Shown here: positions 10,394 to 19,644 of the stretch, piece after piece | How positions within the stretch are numbered: the first letter of the stretch is position 1 | How the letters are laid out: the number at the start of each line of letters is the position of its first letter | Origin: a virus | Lineage: Duplodnaviria > Caudoviricetes | Reading direction: 5' to 3' (one strand) | DNA length: 64,000 nucleotides | IMG/VR virus record: IMGVR_UViG_3300015050_000842 | Span: 9,894-73,893 of that record | Made by a program: the position numbers and the translations under genes | The notes under the pieces: generated by a model | Seen by the model: the letters and a program-made list of their open reading frames with translations, nothing else | Database searches by the model: none | What the model was told of the DNA's origin: nothing

Positions 10394-11182
10394 TTACATT
10401 TTAAAATACTTTTTATAGTAGGTGTAGTTCAGTTTATTGACGTTCTGCATCAGAAAAACAATGTACGGGTTGTATAGTCTTTCAAGTTCAAAGTGATTAA
10501 TCGGTGTTAATCTCTCCTTTGCGTAATCCGTAGATTTCTCTTTATGGTTTTCAAAGTTATTAGGGTTGTCTATATCTCCGCTTTGTTTATGTCCTGCAAT
10601 CTCTTGTGGGTCTGACCAATTAAAACAGTAACTTGGAACGTAGTTTTTGTTATGTTCATCTAACTCTCCCTCATCTCTTAACTTAGAATACCAACTTAAT
10701 CCCTCATATCCTGTTAGGTCTGTTCTGAATCCTATTTCTCTTATCCTATCCATTTTAACAATAACACTTGCTTCCATTGTGTTACGTGATAACTCTATTC
10801 CGTTGGCACTTGCAAATAATGAGTATTCAGGTTTCCACGCATCTTTGCCTGTTTCTTGAATCTCTTTGACTGCTTGTTCAATATGCCACTTGAAATACAA
10901 ATCGTCATCGTCTCCGAGCATGAAATAATCCCCTGTGGCGTGAGTTATAGCATCTGTAAGTATTTCCCCTCTGTTCTTATAATCTTCGTTTGTAGCGTAG
11001 TATTTGGCGTTATTCACTACAATTATAGAGTCATCCTTGAATCCTAACTCAATCGGGTGTTCGGTATCGGTATTAAAGATGATTAGTTCCTTATTTTGGT
11101 AGGACTGTGCCTGATACATGGCTACTATTCTACGTACGCAGTAGAATCTTCTATACGTAGTACAAACGAAGCTGACTTTCAT
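10394..11182 (-). CDS. Glycosyltransferase, GT-A/GT2-like
   Basis: MKVSFVCTTYRR...KELIIFNTD...GDYFMLGDDDDLY: GT2 N-terminus and DxD-type motif. Confidence 0.75.
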   Translation of the reverse strand: MKVSFVCTTYRRFYCVRRIVAMYQAQSYQNKELIIFNTDTEHPIELGFKDDSIIVVNNAKYYATNEDYKNRGEILTDAITHATGDYFMLGDDDDLYFKWHIEQAVKEIQETGKDAWKPEYSLFASANGIELSRNTMEASVIVKMDRIREIGFRTDLTGYEGLSWYSKLRDEGELDEHNKNYVPSYCFNWSDPQEIAGHKQSGDIDNPNNFENHKEKSTDYAKERLTPINHFELERLYNPYIVFLMQNVNKLNYTYYKKYFKM

Positions 11183-11791
11183 CTAAATAAATTTATTTGT
11201 TTCATTACCCCAAGAATACCAACCATTTGAATTTTGACGAGCAAATAATTCTAATTTAATTGCATCAGGGTATAGTTCTTCAATTCTTGACCTTGCATCA
11301 TTTGGTTTTCTACTATGCTCTTTGCGTTCTGCTTCAATCAACTGCCTTACATTGTTTGATTTCTTAAAATCTTTCATACTTCCTTTTATGCCAAGCAAAC
11401 ATATTTCAGTTGATTTTAGAGTATGTGGTGCAAAATTTAAAACTGTTTTACCTGTACTTGTTTTTTTAAGCCAAACAAAAGCAATAGTTTTATACTTAAA
11501 TCCCCATGATTCCATTACTTCAATACCATCTTTTAAGTGACTATCAGTAACCCACATAAAACAAGCACAATTTTTATCAGTAATTTCTTTTACAGGTAGT
11601 TCTTTTATTTGGTCAATAGTCATTGTAGCATAAATACGTTCAATAGTCCTAAATCTATTTTCTCGTTTATCACTACCTTTTTTTTTATCTCCGTATAACT
11701 CCTTACTTCCATATTGCCAAGCAGGGTCAGCATAAATAACATTGTATTTTCTACCCTTGCAAAACATTAATAAATTATCCGAATCTTCCAT
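11183..11791 (-). CDS. MT-A70 family N6-adenine methyltransferase
   Basis: YNVIYADPAW, FMWVT, WGFKYKTIAFVWLK, EHSRKP, KLELFAR and WGNE motifs. Confidence 0.9.
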   Translation of the reverse strand: MEDSDNLLMFCKGRKYNVIYADPAWQYGSKELYGDKKKGSDKRENRFRTIERIYATMTIDQIKELPVKEITDKNCACFMWVTDSHLKDGIEVMESWGFKYKTIAFVWLKKTSTGKTVLNFAPHTLKSTEICLLGIKGSMKDFKKSNNVRQLIEAERKEHSRKPNDARSRIEELYPDAIKLELFARQNSNGWYSWGNETNKFI

Positions 11792-11792
11792 T

Positions 11793-12383
11793 TTACCTAA
11801 ATAATAATACTTGGCTATCCATAAAATACAATACTCTGAATCCGTTTTTAATCAGATAAGGTATGCTTAACTTTCCTTTACCGTTCCACTCATCATCAAA
11901 AACATCGTCAATAAGCACAAAACAGTTATCATTTAACTTATTCCAAACTGCCTTTAGTTCGTTCAACTGATGTTCGTGGCATTTACGTACATTTTCTTCA
12001 TCACCACAGTAATCAAAGCTATCTAAGAACAGAAAGTCTATTGGTCTGTGAAAGTTTTTAAGAAACTCGATGCTATCTTGCTTTTTGTAGGTTACGTATT
12101 GACTTTCAGGAACGACTTCTTTGGCTTTAGATAAATGATTGTCGTCTATATCCACTACGTACACACTTGAATTGGTTAGTTTAGCATACCACTCCCAATT
12201 TAATGTACTCCAACCATCACCGAATCTGCTTTCCTCTGTTGTGTTTCGGATGCAACCCGTTTCAACAATGACTATTGGTCGGCTATACGTGGCTAATAAT
12301 AGGTTTAATACGTTAGTAAAGGACTTATGACGACCTGTTATCGGTCTATCAGAACTGATTTCTTGCCAACTTCCTGAATCCAT
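11793..12383 (-). CDS. Class I SAM methyltransferase (Methyltransf_24-like, possibly sugar O-methyltransferase)
   Basis: VIVETGCIR, VYVVDID, IDFLFLDSFD and FVLIDD motifs. Confidence 0.75.
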   Translation of the reverse strand: MDSGSWQEISSDRPITGRHKSFTNVLNLLLATYSRPIVIVETGCIRNTTEESRFGDGWSTLNWEWYAKLTNSSVYVVDIDDNHLSKAKEVVPESQYVTYKKQDSIEFLKNFHRPIDFLFLDSFDYCGDEENVRKCHEHQLNELKAVWNKLNDNCFVLIDDVFDDEWNGKGKLSIPYLIKNGFRVLYFMDSQVLLFR

Positions 12384-13276
12384 TGATAGTATTTTTTTGA
12401 TGCTGTTTCCGCTTTGATATGTAAAGGTACATTATATGGTAGACAATTCATATAGTCGCACTTATAAAATAATTCACTTTTATTATCAACTACTCCTGCG
12501 TTGTGAAAAATGTTGTACTGATTATACACTTCCTCACTACTTGTACCCCAACTGAAATCAAAATTTTCATGTACCACGGTTTCATATCCACGTTTCCAAC
12601 CGTTCCATAATACCGAAAACATATCGCTACACCAAATTTGCAATTCGTGATAATCGGGCTTTTCTTTTTTGATTTCGTTGTTTAAGTCCGTAATTTCTTT
12701 GAACAATCGCTCTGAATCTCTTTCACATTCAGCCCAATAATCAGCATCTATTCCTTTCATTAGATACTGCGCCCCGATACAGTTTAATTCATTCGATATA
12801 ACGAGTTCTTTGTCTATTCCGACAATATCACACATCGCATCCAATATCTGCTCTCCTTTGCCTCGTATGTACTCCGCAGAGATATAGAATCGTGTGTTTG
12901 AACCGTACCACTTATTATCAGTCAGCATTTCTTCCGTAATCCAACTTGTAGGTGGCTTAGTAAATATTATATCGCAGTCGTGATAGAAAATAACCTCGTC
13001 TTTTAATTCAGGGAATCTCTGCCAATGTTGCTTTAAGATATTTGGTCTTATTGAGGAAATGTAGTGTCGTGTTTCTCTCGTATCGTTGTAGAACAAGAAT
13101 CGTGCAGGGTAGTGATTAGCTAACTTACTCCACGTATTAGGAATTACACCGTTCTCTTTATAGCATACAATGTCTATTTGATTAGGGTTAATACCCATAG
13201 CCATGAAATTTTGTAGCATTACTTCCGTTTGCCAAACATAGTAAGCAGTACAAGGTTGTGCAGAAACAAATCTCAT
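12338..13276 (-). CDS. Putative peptide O-glycosyltransferase (GT95 HPAT / GT96 SERGT-like GT-A fold)
   Basis: Likely start ATG 13276 (MRFVSAQ), 1 nt after the muzzle stop. C..YYVWQ...NF...G.NP, Y..SIRPNIL..HW and IFYHDCDIIFTKP follow the pattern of plant Hyp-arabinosyl/peptidyl-Ser galactosyltransferases (by eye). Confidence 0.6.
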   Translation of the reverse strand: MRFVSAQPCTAYYVWQTEVMLQNFMAMGINPNQIDIVCYKENGVIPNTWSKLANHYPARFLFYNDTRETRHYISSIRPNILKQHWQRFPELKDEVIFYHDCDIIFTKPPTSWITEEMLTDNKWYGSNTRFYISAEYIRGKGEQILDAMCDIVGIDKELVISNELNCIGAQYLMKGIDADYWAECERDSERLFKEITDLNNEIKKEKPDYHELQIWCSDMFSVLWNGWKRGYETVVHENFDFSWGTSSEEVYNQYNIFHNAGVVDNKSELFYKCDYMNCLPYNVPLHIKAETASKKYYQWIQEVGKKSVLIDR

Positions 13277-13277
13277 A

Positions 13278-16200
13278 TTACATGAACGATGTCGTTGTTG
13301 TACTTGTGGTTGTCGGTGTTGAAGCACAAACTACAATATTGGTTACATTTCCATTCACATCCACGTTTCCTACATATCTGATTGCTAAATCATCAGCCGT
13401 ACTGAAACTTACAAAGTCACCGTCATTTGGAACTCCTGTCCACTCTCCAACTAATATTGAAGTGTTGAAGAATTGTGTTACTGTCATAGGGTCGTTAGAC
13501 GCTGCGTAAACAGTTATCGGTTGTCCGTAAAGCGGAGTCATAACAGCACACGCATCAGGTCTACTTGCAGGGTCACTTCCATACAGTCTGTACTCTCTCG
13601 GTGCAGCAGTAGTGGTAGTTGTTGTTGTCGTAGTCGTTGTGGTCGGCTCTGGCTCGGTTGTCGTAGTCGTAGTCGGTGCTGCGGTTGTGGTCGTAGTTGT
13701 AGGTGCAATTGTTGTTGTAGTCGTAGGCGCAACCGTTGTAGTGGTTGTGGTTGTTGGTGCAATCGTAGTCGTTGTAGTCGGTGCGATTGTGGTTGTAGTT
13801 GTTGTACTTGTAGTAGTGGTTGTAGTTGTGGTAGCAACCGCAGTAGTCACAGTATAAGTATCAGATACGCAACCAACAGTTAATGTAGTCGATACAGCAG
13901 TACTTGGACTTGCAGATGCAGTAACCCTTACCTCTACATAATCATTATTTACAACTGTTCCTGCAACACTTGTCCAACTGCCTGTTCCGTTCACACGATA
14001 TTCACCACCGCCTCCTGAAATACTAATTGCAGTCGGAATGTCAATGTCGATAATCAATACTTGATTGGAAGTATAAACCTCTCCCCATTGTGCATCAGTA
14101 ACGTCTAAGAAGTTAATTACGTTAGGGCAGTCATCCCCTGCAACAATAGTTAAACAAACTCTTTTTGTCGTTAAAACACCACCACTCGGAGTAAAGCTAA
14201 ACGTGAAGTTGTCTGTGCCTGTTTCCCCTGTATTTGGAGTGTAGGTCGCAATCCCTGTTCCTGTATTGTACGTAGCAACCCCCTTTGTTCCTTGCGCCGT
14301 TAAGCTAATATCAGCAGGCGGAATAACATACGTATCGTCTAACTGCCAATTCAATTCATTGAACGGAGTATCAAACAGTATATCACCCTCTGTTTCGGTA
14401 GTTAATAGATACTCGTTGTAGAAAATATCGTAGTAGCCGATAATCTTTTTCCCTGCCTCATAAGCCTCTTGAAGCACTCTCTTGAAGTATTTGCTGTTCT
14501 TGCCTGAAATCGTGTCTACACCGTCTAATCCTGCCCGTATAGGCTCACTTCTGAAAGGGTCAACAAAGTAAATGTTGTTATTCCACTCTGCATAGCTTTC
14601 TTTGGCGTTACCCATTCCGATATTCTTACCGTTGTACCGTACACTATTGAATATTTGAGTGCTTAACGCATATTGTTCTGCCGAAGATTGGTCTTCCACG
14701 ATTGTTTGGAATACAGGAACATAACCTACCTTTAACTCCTGCAACACCACTAAGACGTTGTTTCTTTGGCGTATCTTTCTAATCCAACCGTAATTGGATG
14801 AAGTTTCTCCGTCACCATCACCATAAATACTTTCAGGATAAAATCGTGTCAATCCATTTACCAATGAATCACGTTGGAATACCTCTGAATATCTGATACT
14901 CGCTTTACGTTCTATTCTCCCTCTCTCATCGTTGTACGTTCTTGGCTTTCCATAAGAAGCATAAGCACTTGCATAGAAGTCGCTAAAGTTAAAGTCCTCA
15001 ACAACTAAGCTATCCAACTGATTCAGGTCAACACCGTTTGCCATTTCACGGCTTTTCATGTACACATCACCTGCACGAATATCTCCCGAAGTAACGGTAT
15101 GTACTCCGTTAGTTATTGGATAGGAAATGCCTACCTCATACATTAACTGTTCGGTGTACTCTGTTGTGCCACTAACTGTTTCTGTTCTCTGTTTAGGCGT
15201 GTAAATCTCTAATAATACGTTATTGTTCTCTAATGTAGCCTGTGATACACCTGACGGAATATTGACCTTTAGAATGTAGTCGATTATTGTCGGGTCTACC
15301 GTGTCAATAACAATCTCAAAATCCACAACCTCCACATCAATCTTATCCAACCATACTTTCGGTGAAGTGTTATCCGCTAATATGTAATACACAAACGTAC
15401 ACCTATCTCCTGCTGAATATTCATAACTCAACACGCTTGACGGATAGGCTTCGTTGAATTTCTTTAACGGATTGATGTTAAACGCAAAATAAGTTGAAGT
15501 GGTAAGTGCTGCGTCTAAAGTCCCCTGAACCCACAATGTCGTTTGATGCGTGTTGTTTAACGATAATCCCCAACCGTAATACGCTGCGTCAGCAGGTGGG
15601 TCGTGGTATATCTCCCAATGAATCATGGATGCTAAACCCTGTATTTGAGAATACGAAGGAGTTTTTACCACATAGTTTTCATCAGTACAAATAGGGAAGT
15701 ATCTACCCCACTTATCCTTATACCACAAAAATGTCTGATAGCTTGAATTGGATTTTAATGCTGACCTTGATATTGATGCACCTGTTCCTGCCAAAGCTAA
15801 GTCAACATTGACTAATAATGCTTTCTCTGTTCCACCGTCAGGGGTTTCGCTACTTCTTCTTGTAGTGAACTGTAAAACCCAATAGAGTGAATCGAATAAA
15901 TACACCGTGGTAGGATAAGGCATTGTCGCAGCGAAAGCACGTACCGCAGCCTCCGTATCTCCGTCTTGTCCTGCCGTAACAGTATAAGTCATTGTTTCGT
16001 AAACAACATCGGCTAAATTGGAGGTTACTATCGTGAACTCATCACCTGTCTGTGCTGTCCCTGCATAGTAAATTCTTACCTTACGATACGATGTACCGCT
16101 TACTCTTTCTTGTTGCCAATTCTCTACTCGTAATGCTACCGTAGGGTCAGGTGGAACAACGGCTATGTCAGGGTTGTAATTCACTACCTGAACTAACACA

Positions 16201-17267
16201 TCTGTTTCAGGTCTGTCATACCCCTCTGTAATTCCGCCTAATGCTAACTGATTGCCATTAATATTCTCTAAAGTTTCACACTTTAAAGGAACGTGGTCGT
16301 AATCTAAGTCGGTTTCTAAGGGGTCGACATTGCTATATAGTCCGTCATTATAGAAACAGAAATAGTACGTATTCGTAGTCGGGTCATACGCCTCTCTAAT
16401 CTCTGCATCTAAATCTATTGCAGTATCAGTAATTGTTAATATGTAATCCCTGTCAACGGTTAGTATATCAAAGAAGTCAAGTGTTCCGATTCGTGCTACT
16501 GCCTTTATTGTTTGCACTCGGTCTGTGCCTATATCCAATCCTACTATCAATGTATTGTTTGATGTTACGCTTGTTCCAACGGAAGGAGTAGATTCGTTTG
16601 TCGGAACTTCTCGCTTACTCATTATAGAATATACGCTGTACTCATTGTCTAAGTAGACGTACTGATACATGAATTGGAATAGGCTACCTTTTAATAGGTT
16701 TACAGACCTTGTATCGTCACTTCCGAACTCTACCGTAGGCACAATCATTGGTTGCGCTTTGATAATTAAAAAGTCATTTTCGGTAAGTACATCGTAACCA
16801 CCTGCCTCTAATCGTGTTAGATTAGTCATACAAGGCTGATAGTTTCCGTCAGTCCACGCTAATAGGTAGTCGTTGATTAACTTTATATCGTTGACGTAGT
16901 ATTCAGGTGTTAAAGGAAGTATGTTTTCGTTATCAGAGTCAGTCAAATTCTCGAATACATTGGTTTGAGTATTCGCATCGTAATCTAACTTAGCGATAAC
17001 GTGATAGAGTTGCGAGTTGAAAATAAAAGAATAGGCGGTACGAGTGATTTCAAAACCTGCTGCCCCGATTGCTTTGTTTATTCCTGTCGGGAGTGTGTTT
17101 GCTATTAATGAATTGCTTTCAGGGTTGGTTGCAAGACCTTCTTCGCCATCCTCTGTGCCATTTACCCTTAAATTATACGAATCTACAAAATCTGACTGCC
17201 CGACAAACTCAATGGCATCGTCAAGATTAAGACCTCCGTTATTAAATATTTTAATGTTTTCAGGCAT
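13278..17267 (-). CDS. Tail muzzle/stabilization protein (N-terminal part) with appended Ig-like domains and mucin-like Thr stalk
   Basis: 1329 aa. SIRYSE...NGLTRF, YGWIRKI, LQELKV, IYFVDP and IIGYYD..NEYLLT motifs of crAss-like/P22 gp10-like muzzle proteins, then YTPNTGETGTDNFTFS (Ig/cadherin-like) and Thr-rich repeats. Confidence 0.75.
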   Translation of the reverse strand: MPENIKIFNNGGLNLDDAIEFVGQSDFVDSYNLRVNGTEDGEEGLATNPESNSLIANTLPTGINKAIGAAGFEITRTAYSFIFNSQLYHVIAKLDYDANTQTNVFENLTDSDNENILPLTPEYYVNDIKLINDYLLAWTDGNYQPCMTNLTRLEAGGYDVLTENDFLIIKAQPMIVPTVEFGSDDTRSVNLLKGSLFQFMYQYVYLDNEYSVYSIMSKREVPTNESTPSVGTSVTSNNTLIVGLDIGTDRVQTIKAVARIGTLDFFDILTVDRDYILTITDTAIDLDAEIREAYDPTTNTYYFCFYNDGLYSNVDPLETDLDYDHVPLKCETLENINGNQLALGGITEGYDRPETDVLVQVVNYNPDIAVVPPDPTVALRVENWQQERVSGTSYRKVRIYYAGTAQTGDEFTIVTSNLADVVYETMTYTVTAGQDGDTEAAVRAFAATMPYPTTVYLFDSLYWVLQFTTRRSSETPDGGTEKALLVNVDLALAGTGASISRSALKSNSSYQTFLWYKDKWGRYFPICTDENYVVKTPSYSQIQGLASMIHWEIYHDPPADAAYYGWGLSLNNTHQTTLWVQGTLDAALTTSTYFAFNINPLKKFNEAYPSSVLSYEYSAGDRCTFVYYILADNTSPKVWLDKIDVEVVDFEIVIDTVDPTIIDYILKVNIPSGVSQATLENNNVLLEIYTPKQRTETVSGTTEYTEQLMYEVGISYPITNGVHTVTSGDIRAGDVYMKSREMANGVDLNQLDSLVVEDFNFSDFYASAYASYGKPRTYNDERGRIERKASIRYSEVFQRDSLVNGLTRFYPESIYGDGDGETSSNYGWIRKIRQRNNVLVVLQELKVGYVPVFQTIVEDQSSAEQYALSTQIFNSVRYNGKNIGMGNAKESYAEWNNNIYFVDPFRSEPIRAGLDGVDTISGKNSKYFKRVLQEAYEAGKKIIGYYDIFYNEYLLTTETEGDILFDTPFNELNWQLDDTYVIPPADISLTAQGTKGVATYNTGTGIATYTPNTGETGTDNFTFSFTPSGGVLTTKRVCLTIVAGDDCPNVINFLDVTDAQWGEVYTSNQVLIIDIDIPTAISISGGGGEYRVNGTGSWTSVAGTVVNNDYVEVRVTASASPSTAVSTTLTVGCVSDTYTVTTAVATTTTTTTTSTTTTTTIAPTTTTTIAPTTTTTTTVAPTTTTTIAPTTTTTTAAPTTTTTTEPEPTTTTTTTTTTTTAAPREYRLYGSDPASRPDACAVMTPLYGQPITVYAASNDPMTVTQFFNTSILVGEWTGVPNDGDFVSFSTADDLAIRYVGNVDVNGNVTNIVVCASTPTTTSTTTTSFM
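13600..13835 (-). repeat. Low-complexity Thr-rich repeat [T4-7-(I/V/A)AP]n encoding a mucin-like stalk
   Basis: About 80 codons: ATTTTTTTTSTTTTTTIAPTTTTTIAPTTTTTTTVAP...EPEPTTTTTTTTTTTTAAP; all four Thr codons are interspersed. Confidence 0.95.
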
Positions 17268-17272
17268 ATTGG

Positions 17273-18043
17273 TCAGGCTTTTCCAACAAGTTTTGTTCCA
17301 ATTCTGGCGGCGTCAGCAAGCTCATTAAGCACAAACTGATTAATGCGCATAGCTGCTAATCTTCTCTCTCTGTAATACTCTATCTTAAACATTCTCACAT
17401 CACCCTGACTGAATTTCTTACGTAAATCAATTGCATTTTTCCACCTTAAAAAAGCCATAAATGCTTGTTCTGCCTTAGAATCAATTTCGTAGTCATCTGC
17501 GTTTTCGTCATATCCGTCACTCATATACTCCAATACTAATTGACTGTAATGGTTGTGAATATCTAAGATGATTAGTCCGTTGCTTTCATCTACCTTATAC
17601 GAGCCTACTTTTGGTGTTCCGCTATCTGCACCAAACAGATTATAAGACGTTCCGTTATAATAGTAATTGTAGTAGTAATTCGGATAGGTGTCTTGGTCAA
17701 AGAACGGTGTTAATGTATTCAATACAGGCGCACCCTCTTTCCGTAGACTTTGAGTAGTGTAAATACTGTTCCACGTAGATAGTTGGTCGTTACGTTTATA
17801 AGTAACCACTTCACCCTTATCGTTCAATACTCCGATTTTAGAGTAGGATATATAGTCTTGTGGCAGATTAACTGTTTTGTTCGCATTTACGTCTAATACA
17901 ACGGTCTTTATGTTCCCTGTTATGTCAAGGTTAAACTCCCTGCATCCCTGCACTCCGATATTGTATAAACGCCTGAATCCATGAACAGACTCATCGGCAC
18001 TATTCAGGAATTGCGATACTAATTTTTTTAATGCTATCTTCAT
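17273..18043 (-). CDS. Tail ring/tubular protein
   Basis: 256 aa in the tail cluster; V.LP.DYISYSKIG motif and C-terminal helix resemble crAss-like ring proteins. Confidence 0.6.
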   Translation of the reverse strand: MKIALKKLVSQFLNSADESVHGFRRLYNIGVQGCREFNLDITGNIKTVVLDVNANKTVNLPQDYISYSKIGVLNDKGEVVTYKRNDQLSTWNSIYTTQSLRKEGAPVLNTLTPFFDQDTYPNYYYNYYYNGTSYNLFGADSGTPKVGSYKVDESNGLIILDIHNHYSQLVLEYMSDGYDENADDYEIDSKAEQAFMAFLRWKNAIDLRKKFSQGDVRMFKIEYYRERRLAAMRINQFVLNELADAARIGTKLVGKA

Positions 18044-18687
18044 TGTACTGTCGGTAAATCTCGTGCATCATTCATTACATCTTGCGGAACATTGCCTAAC
18101 TGCCTTAATTTAGTCGTTACCCTGTCAATAATTGACGTTTCCACATTCTTAGGTACGTTCAACTCTCCGTCTAATAAACTTCCTGTGGTTGAAATAGCCC
18201 CGACCATAGAAATATTGACTGCGGTAAACATATACTGATTGATGTTGTCGTAGTATATCCTGTTATTCTCTCTGTACGCTAAGATTGCGCCCCTTACAGG
18301 GTCTAATAAGTCCTGCATGAACTTATCCTTGTTCTGCATTGGAATAATCTGTCTACGCCTCCCTATAATGCCTAATGGAGTAATTGACGCTATCTCTTGT
18401 CCTTTAGGTAATGAGATTGGTGTGCTTGGCATGATTGAGTACTTCTGATTTAGCGTACTGTCATACAATACGGCAACATTTGTGAACGTAGAAATAAAGG
18501 CATCATTAGCGAAAGTTGTTTCCCCTGCATTACTATTCTCAAAAGCATCCTTTCTCGCTTCAAAAGCTACTTCCTGTGCAACTAATTCTGCAATGTAACG
18601 TAATGAGAAATTTGCATCATCACTTGGTACGCCTTTGTAGTACAATGTACGTATCTGTTCACTTATCTTTTTATAGGTCGTTGCCAT
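18040..18687 (-). CDS. Tail ring/tubular protein
   Basis: 215 aa, overlapping start/stop with its neighbours, between other ring-like genes. Confidence 0.55.
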   Translation of the reverse strand: MATTYKKISEQIRTLYYKGVPSDDANFSLRYIAELVAQEVAFEARKDAFENSNAGETTFANDAFISTFTNVAVLYDSTLNQKYSIMPSTPISLPKGQEIASITPLGIIGRRRQIIPMQNKDKFMQDLLDPVRGAILAYRENNRIYYDNINQYMFTAVNISMVGAISTTGSLLDGELNVPKNVETSIIDRVTTKLRQLGNVPQDVMNDARDLPTVQ

Positions 18688-19592
18688 TATCTTTCCTCCT
18701 TCGCTTGTACTTGACTAAATTGTTGTAGCATAGTATCACGGTTGTTCATAGCCAAATCTTGCAGGACATAATAAACTAACTCGTCAACTTCGTCATCGCT
18801 AAATTGTGTTTGAACCGAAGTAACTGAATTATAAACAGGTCTACTACCACTTACTTGTGATACGGTTATTGTAAATCCACTTCCTGTTCCACCGATATTT
18901 ACTGCACTTGCAGATAATACATCGCCTACAACATACCCATTCCCTGCGGTTGTCACCGTTACACTCGTTACGTTACCTCCTGAAACGACAATAGTTGCTT
19001 TTGCCCCTGTTCCTGTCCCACCTGTAAGTGTTACTCCTGTATATGTTCCTGTGGTATATAATGTTCCGTTTACAAGCGTATTTAAAGCCGTGATTCCATT
19101 TAAAGTATAGCCATAGACACTTGTTCTCGGCTTCTTTAAATAAACCAACGTAGCGGTTGCTAATGTGATTGGATAGAACTGTAAGAATGTTGAATACTGT
19201 GTGTATATCGGAAACTCTAAACTCGGTGCTTCGATAACACTTGATAAATGATTCGCTAATCTGTCTTTCTCTACACGCATTATTTCGTATTGGATTCCGC
19301 TTATCGTGTGTGTAAGGCTATCTACGTGAAATAAATCTGTCGGAAATGTATATTGTCCTGCTGTTGCACCGCTTGTTGGAATACCTGTAATTGCCGTAGC
19401 GTCACTCATAAATGGAGATAACGCATCTGAAATTCGTTGGCTCTTATAGTAGTCGTTGTAAAGTCGGTTGAATAGTTTTACTTCGGCTCTTGGAAACAAT
19501 AAGTTGAAATCAACAGGGCTGAATACTCCATTAAATCCGCTTTTAGTAGCCTTATACTTAATTAAATTGAAGATTTCAGATATTGTTGCCAT
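18687..19592 (-). CDS. Tail ring/adaptor protein with inserted Gly/Thr-rich beta domain
   Basis: YTFPTDLFHVDSL and LVYLKKPR...QFSDDEVDELV ring-protein pattern, interrupted by GTYTGVTLTGGTGTGAKATIVVSGGNVTSVTVTTAGNGY. Confidence 0.6.
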   Translation of the reverse strand: MATISEIFNLIKYKATKSGFNGVFSPVDFNLLFPRAEVKLFNRLYNDYYKSQRISDALSPFMSDATAITGIPTSGATAGQYTFPTDLFHVDSLTHTISGIQYEIMRVEKDRLANHLSSVIEAPSLEFPIYTQYSTFLQFYPITLATATLVYLKKPRTSVYGYTLNGITALNTLVNGTLYTTGTYTGVTLTGGTGTGAKATIVVSGGNVTSVTVTTAGNGYVVGDVLSASAVNIGGTGSGFTITVSQVSGSRPVYNSVTSVQTQFSDDEVDELVYYVLQDLAMNNRDTMLQQFSQVQAKEER

Positions 19593-19608
19593 TCCAAATT
19601 ACTTTAAA

Positions 19609-19616
19609 CAAATATA
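19609..19616 (-). promoter_or_regulatory. -7 promoter box (TATATTTG) for the tail operon
   Basis: TAnnTTTG 16 nt upstream of ATG 19592, just after a terminator. Confidence 0.65.
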
Positions 19617-19644
19617 ATGCTATTTATAAAGGGTTTTTTAACAC

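Noticed and set aside
13600-13835. Possible CRISPR array or microsatellite
   Set aside because: No constant 25-45 nt repeats with unique spacers and no cas genes; codon-diversified trinucleotides encoding Thr.
13473-13883. Poly-Val, Gln/Leu-repeat and Cys/Arg-repeat ORFs over the Thr-rich region
   Set aside because: Alternative frames and strands of the Thr codon repeat within the 1329-aa tail gene.
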